DNA from: a virus
Strand: one strand, 5' to 3'
Length of the DNA stretch: 58,742 bases
Virus record (IMG/VR): IMGVR_UViG_3300036975_000060
The translations under genes were made by a program, and so were the position numbers. Below, piece by piece: positions 54,121-58,742 of the stretch; position 1 is the first letter of the stretch; each line of letters opens with the position of its first letter. The notes beneath the pieces were generated by a model that ran no database searches, was not told the origin of the DNA, and saw nothing but the letters and a program-made list of their open reading frames with translations.

Positions 54121-55530
54121 TTAATTAACTACACCAACTATCACCGATTGACTGGCCGCATCAAATAGTATTATTGAACTATAAGATTCGTTATAAAATC
54201 GGCTTGATAAATTTTTCCCGAAATCTGCAACCGTTTCATCTTCTGTCCACGTTGATCCATCTTCAGAATAAAATAAACTCATCCCCTGAGTCACTATCCA
54301 TTTATTTCCACACCAGGTTAAGCCGCCTGCTAAATTTGTGCCTGAGATAGTTTGAGCTGCATTCCAGTTTATTCCATCTGTTGAATATTGAAACCAGTTG
54401 TTACCTGATTTAATATTACCTGTTGCTATTATAGTGCCGTCATAAGATGCTACACTGTTAAAATACTCGTATGTGTCATCATAGCCATCAGAATCAGGCG
54501 TTCTCTGTGTCCACGTGATCCCGTCAGGAGAAGTTGCGATTCCTATTCTGTAACCTGCGACAATCCATAAAGTTAAATCTGATGAATAGTGAACTGTATT
54601 GAGACCCCATGTTGTAGGATTGGCGTATCCTGTCCAGCTTGTGCCATTAGTGGTTCGCCATATGTCCAGATATCCAGCCGCTCCATCACCCACTGCTATA
54701 ATTACGCCTGAAACAGGATCGTATGCCATATCGTAACATGAAAATCCGGTTGTTGCGGTTCTTTTGGTCCACGTAACTGCATCGGGAGAAGAATAGAAAC
54801 CAGGGCCATCCACAAAAGCATAATTATGATGTGCAAGATAGAGCCCTAAAGCCGGAACGTATATTGATTTCCTAAATCCATATGCAAAAGATCCATTTTT
54901 TAAACTCCAGCTTGTACCGCCGCCATCCGTAGACTCTATTTGATCATTGAATTCATTCCCATAATTATTCAATACATATTTATCATTATCAGAATCGTAG
55001 CACCCATTTAAAAGACCTGAAATAGATAGAGCTGAGATATCATATTCCGTCCAGGCAAACGGTAAAACTTCCTCCGTAAGTGCCTGCCAGACCGTCCCTG
55101 ATACATTTTTAAACCATTGTCCGCTTGTCCTGTATACTTTTTCCCCACGATAAGCAGGGGAAAGAATTCCATTTGGATCATACGCAACCTGTCTGGGAGC
55201 CTCTTTTTGGATCATTGCGGTTAACAAGGCTGCATTTATTCTGTGGTTGATTACGGCTCCATCGTACCATTCCCGGGCATTTGTGCTGTCCTGCCCTCTG
55301 GATACCGTTAATTTATTGGTTTTTGCTGTTAAACCGGTTACCTTTACTACCTCAATGTTATTCTGGCTATCTGTGATTGTCTGATAAAAGTTTTTCCCAG
55401 AAGACCACTGAGGAAGAAAAAGCTGTATATCGCCCGGATAAAGTTCTATTGATGTGGCAACAGAGGTTATCCCTCCTTTTATTCTGCCATAGGCCAGGTC
55501 ATTCCATATGAGTTCTGCGTTTGCGGTCAT
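54121..55530 (-). CDS. Tail fibre/spike protein: conserved N-terminal module plus a six-bladed BNR/Asp-box beta-propeller
   Basis: Six Asp-box-like motifs: STDGGTSW, SPDAVTW, TTNGTSW, SPDGITW, STDGINW, SEDGSTW. The N-terminal ~150 aa are paralogous to ORF 56294-56737. Confidence 0.65.
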   Translation of the reverse strand: MTANAELIWNDLAYGRIKGGITSVATSIELYPGDIQLFLPQWSSGKNFYQTITDSQNNIEVVKVTGLTAKTNKLTVSRGQDSTNAREWYDGAVINHRINAALLTAMIQKEAPRQVAYDPNGILSPAYRGEKVYRTSGQWFKNVSGTVWQALTEEVLPFAWTEYDISALSISGLLNGCYDSDNDKYVLNNYGNEFNDQIESTDGGGTSWSLKNGSFAYGFRKSIYVPALGLYLAHHNYAFVDGPGFYSSPDAVTWTKRTATTGFSCYDMAYDPVSGVIIAVGDGAAGYLDIWRTTNGTSWTGYANPTTWGLNTVHYSSDLTLWIVAGYRIGIATSPDGITWTQRTPDSDGYDDTYEYFNSVASYDGTIIATGNIKSGNNWFQYSTDGINWNAAQTISGTNLAGGLTWCGNKWIVTQGMSLFYSEDGSTWTEDETVADFGKNLSSRFYNESYSSIILFDAASQSVIVGVVN

Positions 55531-55796
55531 TCTCTATCCCACATATGATCTTTTATTTTTGTGTTCATATACTCAAGAAGTCCTAAGCAAGTAAGGCAAG
55601 ATTCTCTAGCCATCCAATTAAATTTAACTTTATGGCCATCTCCATTGATATTCTCAGAGCTTTTAAGCCTTGATATAACTACGAATTCAGAAACCTTATC
55701 ATCTTCCAAATCTTGTAATAGTTCCTTAAAAGTAGCTATCATCCCTAATGGCTTAGTCGCCTCTTTCATGTCTATAACTTTTTTGTTATTTTCCAA
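55527..55796 (-). CDS. Hypothetical protein (insertion in the tail module)
   Basis: 89-aa ORF in a locally A+T-rich stretch. Confidence 0.45.
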   Translation of the reverse strand: MENNKKVIDMKEATKPLGMIATFKELLQDLEDDKVSEFVVISRLKSSENINGDGHKVKFNWMARESCLTCLGLLEYMNTKIKDHMWDRE

Positions 55797-56011
55797 TTTC
55801 GTACACCTTTATGAAGATTTCCATACTCTTTTCTTCTTAATTGTGCTGTAGCCCTTGGTATTTGAGTGGCCATGAAATACATGTACTTTTTTGTTTCCGC
55901 AAATCTGAATTCATGAACCATCCCGCAATCACAACATGCAAATCGAAGAGTAGTTCGCTTATCAAACCTGTATGCTTCACCATCATTCATTTTTTCGTAT
56001 TTACTTGACAT
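55772..56011 (-). CDS. Hypothetical Cys-containing protein (insertion in the tail module)
   Basis: 79 aa containing the CCDCG motif. Confidence 0.45.
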   Translation of the reverse strand: MSSKYEKMNDGEAYRFDKRTTLRFACCDCGMVHEFRFAETKKYMYFMATQIPRATAQLRRKEYGNLHKGVRNWKITKKL

Positions 56012-56085
56012 TATCCGATCTCTATTATATCTTACATTTATTACTCGGTGGCCAACATCAAAGGAAGAAAAACCTCGATATTTTA

Positions 56086-56304
56086 TTATATTGGGGTTTT
56101 TCTTTTTAATACCTCATCCCATTCAAATAACCATTGCATACCTTCTGGAACTGGAAATCTATCTTTTATAACCTTAAAGCATTCCCTAACTTCATTTTCT
56201 GTTCTAAAATATTTTTCTATTATTAGTTGCCTCACCTTCACTCCAAATGAAGCTTCTTTAATGGCCTGCCAATAAAATCTACATATCATTCTATTACGAT
56301 CCAC
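56086..56304 (-). CDS. Hypothetical protein (insertion in the tail module)
   Basis: 72-aa ORF. Confidence 0.45.
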   Translation of the reverse strand: MDRNRMICRFYWQAIKEASFGVKVRQLIIEKYFRTENEVRECFKVIKDRFPVPEGMQWLFEWDEVLKRKTPI

Positions 56305-56737
56305 CTGTCATCACCTTCCATGTCCCGTCACAATCCTTGTGCCAGGTCTCGTCAACCGTGTTAAATACCTCTTCACCAAAATGAGCGGCTGTAGTTCCAA
56401 GAACTTCCGGATCTCCGGCCACTTCTCGCTCAGTGCCTTTCTGCAGGAAGGTTGTCAGTATAGCAGCGTTCAGCACACATTTTACAGTGGCATCCGTCGT
56501 AAAACTGTAAGAATCAGTGCGAGTTACGGTCAGCGTATCACTGCTTCTCACCGTACAGGTCATATAAGCTTTCTGACTTCCTTCGACTACCTGAACGACG
56601 AAACATTCAGTCCCTTCTGTTGGATCAGGGAATAATGATCCATCTCCGGAGGTAACAGGTAGCGACGTATCACTCCCGCCCATGGCTGAGGCCAGTTTCG
56701 ATTCTGCGTTATTCGTGAAGATGTATTTTAGGGCCAT
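56294..56737 (-). CDS. Stand-alone copy of the tail-fibre N-terminal module
   Basis: LTVTRTDS...VLNAAILTTFLQKGTEREVAGDP...FGEEVFNTVDETWHKDCDGTWKVM aligns with LTVSRGQD...RINAALLTAMIQKEAPRQVAYDP...YRGEKVYRTSGQWFKNVSGTVWQAL of the 469-aa protein. Confidence 0.55.
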   Translation of the reverse strand: MALKYIFTNNAESKLASAMGGSDTSLPVTSGDGSLFPDPTEGTECFVVQVVEGSQKAYMTCTVRSSDTLTVTRTDSYSFTTDATVKCVLNAAILTTFLQKGTEREVAGDPEVLGTTAAHFGEEVFNTVDETWHKDCDGTWKVMTGGS

Positions 56738-57417
56738 TATGCAAAAAACCTCATTTTAATATTCATAGGCTTATTTGTTTTCCCGGTAAACCGCTTGATT
56801 TTGGCATCGTTACAGCCGTTTCTGAACATAACTTTTTGTCTGCCTGCTTCAACAGGGTCATACCACGACTCTGACTTCTGGTTAAAAAGACGTGTAAAAA
56901 TCCCTGCGTCCATGACTTCCTCATAATCGTCATAAAGAAAATCAGGCACTACTGTAGAAGTTCTGGAAGGTTTCAAAATTACCGATACTTCGAGTCCTTC
57001 GGTACTGTCATCTTCCGGTGTATAAACTAGATTTACGTTTTTATTTACATTGTCAACGTAGAACATTGAAGGGGCTGGATGCGTCTTATAGCGCCAATTC
57101 GGGTAAGCCGCATCAAGCTCGCTCTCTGAAGTACAGATAAGATTTGCAAACTGATCTTCATCCTCTCCATCTTGTTTGTATCTTACTCCATCATCCGGTA
57201 TTGCTTCCAGATCGGCGTATAACGCTGCTGGTATAGTTAAGCTGTATGCGGATGTGTCGGCAACAACATCAATCAGATCCAGCGTGTTTTTCCAAAGCCA
57301 TGTCTGTTTGCAGAATTCCCGGGAAGCCTTTCTTCCAGCCTCAATAAGAGCAGGATACGGCAGGCCTGGAATAGATTTTATTATATTTGAATACCAGTCG
57401 GATATATTAGTTGCCAT
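56737..57417 (-). CDS. Head-tail adaptor/connector candidate
   Basis: 226-aa ORF positioned between the capsid and tail genes and translationally coupled. Confidence 0.4.
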   Translation of the reverse strand: MATNISDWYSNIIKSIPGLPYPALIEAGRKASREFCKQTWLWKNTLDLIDVVADTSAYSLTIPAALYADLEAIPDDGVRYKQDGEDEDQFANLICTSESELDAAYPNWRYKTHPAPSMFYVDNVNKNVNLVYTPEDDSTEGLEVSVILKPSRTSTVVPDFLYDDYEEVMDAGIFTRLFNQKSESWYDPVEAGRQKVMFRNGCNDAKIKRFTGKTNKPMNIKMRFFA

Positions 57418-58048
57418 CCTGTACAGCCTCCTGTTGGTTATCGTTTTCCCTTAAGATGTTTCCCGGAATATCCGTGTCCCGCTTGTAAGCTCTGGCAATT
57501 ATTCTTCTTTCAAGCTTCTGTACATATTTTTCCAGAATAGGAACAACCGCAGTTTCCCAGTCTCCATCTTCATCCCATACAACTGTGTCAGGTACAACTG
57601 AAAACTCTTCGGAAATATAGCCGGTTCCATCTGAGGGAGGATAATTCCAGAAATGCCGAGGATCGGCAGGATCAGGCATGAAATTATAGATTTCTTCCTG
57701 CTCTGTAGCAGTATTCCATGACCGGTCAGCTCTCTGCATAGAGGCAAGTTCGCATTTTTCTACCGGCGTCCCGGGAGTTGGATCATCCCCGTCTGTACCC
57801 ATATTCATAGTTACTGTAAGAAGTGCTATGCCATCATTAGGGATATACTGCTCGACACCCTGAGCCAGTTTTACAGAGCGAGTAACCGCGTAGGCATCAG
57901 GGTATTTGGAAACGATATCCCTGACCTCTAAATTATAATATTCTACAAGATCAGATTCGGGATAACTTCTATCATCCTCATCGGTTTCAGTACTTTGAAG
58001 AATATCCGATACACTGTCGATTACCCGCTTAACAGTTATGGTAGCCAT
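57407..58048 (-). CDS. Head-tail adaptor/connector candidate
   Basis: 213-aa acidic ORF. Call rests on position. Confidence 0.4.
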   Translation of the reverse strand: MATITVKRVIDSVSDILQSTETDEDDRSYPESDLVEYYNLEVRDIVSKYPDAYAVTRSVKLAQGVEQYIPNDGIALLTVTMNMGTDGDDPTPGTPVEKCELASMQRADRSWNTATEQEEIYNFMPDPADPRHFWNYPPSDGTGYISEEFSVVPDTVVWDEDGDWETAVVPILEKYVQKLERRIIARAYKRDTDIPGNILRENDNQQEAVQDGN

Positions 58049-58059
58049 GAACTACCCCC

Positions 58060-58590
58060 TTATTTGCTATTAAACTGCTCTCTCAGTGTTTCGGTACGGA
58101 GATTAATAGCCTGTTCTTTCAATTTGTCGGCGTCTTCGTCTGTGTATTTCTGTGCAATGCCATAATTAGCCTCAAGATAATCGGCTATCGATTTGGCTTT
58201 TCTCATGGCCCTGAGAGACTTTACGTCCTTGTCCTCGTTTACCAGGTCATTAAAAACCTTCTCGTTCTCCTCTTCATTGTCTTCAGGGTCCCTTTCGTCT
58301 ACAGGAGTCTGGTCTTTTTCAAGGGCTTTAATCTGCTCGTCAGTTGCGGCTATCTGTGCATTAAGTTCTTTTAATGCGATAGCTCCTTTCTCAATATCCT
58401 CTGGTAATCCCTGTTGCATAGCTGCCAGATAAGCCTTCCTTTCAGCCAAAATTCTTTCTTGAGCTGCAATGCGGACTTTTATGGTCTCGCTATCCACAAG
58501 AATCATATCATCCCTTTTAAGCAATTCAGGTGTGGCTACCAAAAATCTGGTTGTTCCCCTTTTCATAACATATTGTGGTATTTTTCCCAT
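58060..58590 (-). CDS. Coiled-coil hypothetical protein, first gene after the capsid-block terminator
   Basis: 176-aa ORF with an AAGGAGAG RBS. Confidence 0.5.
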   Translation of the reverse strand: MGKIPQYVMKRGTTRFLVATPELLKRDDMILVDSETIKVRIAAQERILAERKAYLAAMQQGLPEDIEKGAIALKELNAQIAATDEQIKALEKDQTPVDERDPEDNEEENEKVFNDLVNEDKDVKSLRAMRKAKSIADYLEANYGIAQKYTDEDADKLKEQAINLRTETLREQFNSK

Positions 58591-58610
58591 GTTTTACTCT
58601 CCTTGGAAAA

Positions 58611-58642
58611 GGCGGGGAATCTTCAATATCCCCGCCTTTTTT
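58611..58642. terminator. Bidirectional Rho-independent terminator between the capsid block and the tail block
   Basis: Stem GGCGGGGA/TCCCCGCC (8 bp) with a 10-nt loop. T6 follows on the plus strand and TTTT on the minus strand. The contig break (window position 1) falls inside this hairpin. Confidence 0.6.
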
Positions 58643-58742
58643 GATTAATTAAAGTGTCTCCTGATTAGAAGCCGAACAGACTGTAATCAAGAGGAATTAT
58701 TTCTGCCCATATTACAAACTCTGTTACGCCTGTATTATCATC
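58616..58742. repeat. Terminal direct repeat, copy B (identical to 1-127)
   Basis: Exact 127-nt identity with the start of the window. Confidence 0.95.

Overview
The window is a complete tailed-phage genome. It closes on itself: bases 1-127 are identical to 58616-58742, which leaves about 58.6 kb of unique sequence.

Gene order:
- Two arms diverge from a back-to-back promoter region at about 17.55 kb and converge at about 32.6 kb.
- The leftward (minus) arm starts with a Cro/CI-like HTH, a zinc-finger protein and a C5 DNA methyltransferase. It continues through a DUF4373/DnaD-like replication initiator, a G39P-like loader and a RusA-like resolvase.
- It then runs through TerS/TerL, portal, scaffold and major capsid. 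After wrapping across the window ends it continues through adaptor-like proteins, tail proteins, internal virion proteins, a 2694-aa giant protein, fibres/spikes and a block of small membrane proteins.
- This order is podovirus (T7)-like. No sheath, tube or tape-measure gene is evident.
- The rightward (plus) arm carries a tRNA-His and a recombination module: a Rad50/SbcC-like ATPase, RecT and a Cas4-like PD-(D/E)XK nuclease.
- It also carries YopX, DUF4326, a radical SAM enzyme coupled to an MBL-fold hydrolase, a protein with only DnaA domain IV, a HAD phosphatase, a Dam methyltransferase, an ASCH protein and many small ORFs.
- I found no integrase, DNA or RNA polymerase, recognisable endolysin or CRISPR array.

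Observations most worth following up:
1. The C5-methyltransferase gene is open in two same-strand frames for 257 codons, and methyltransferase-like peptides alternate between the two frames.
2. The 2694-aa virion protein has ParB-like and ADP-ribosyltransferase-like segments.
3. Four consecutive fibre, beta-helix and lectin-like genes each begin with a signal-peptide-like N-terminus.
4. Six GATC sites sit in 10-bp phase inside a long palindrome upstream of the scaffold gene.
5. A compact radical SAM gene is translationally coupled to the MBL hydrolase.
6. A tail-protein N-terminal module is duplicated on either side of a three-gene insertion.

All functional calls rest on motif recognition by eye. 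No database search was run.
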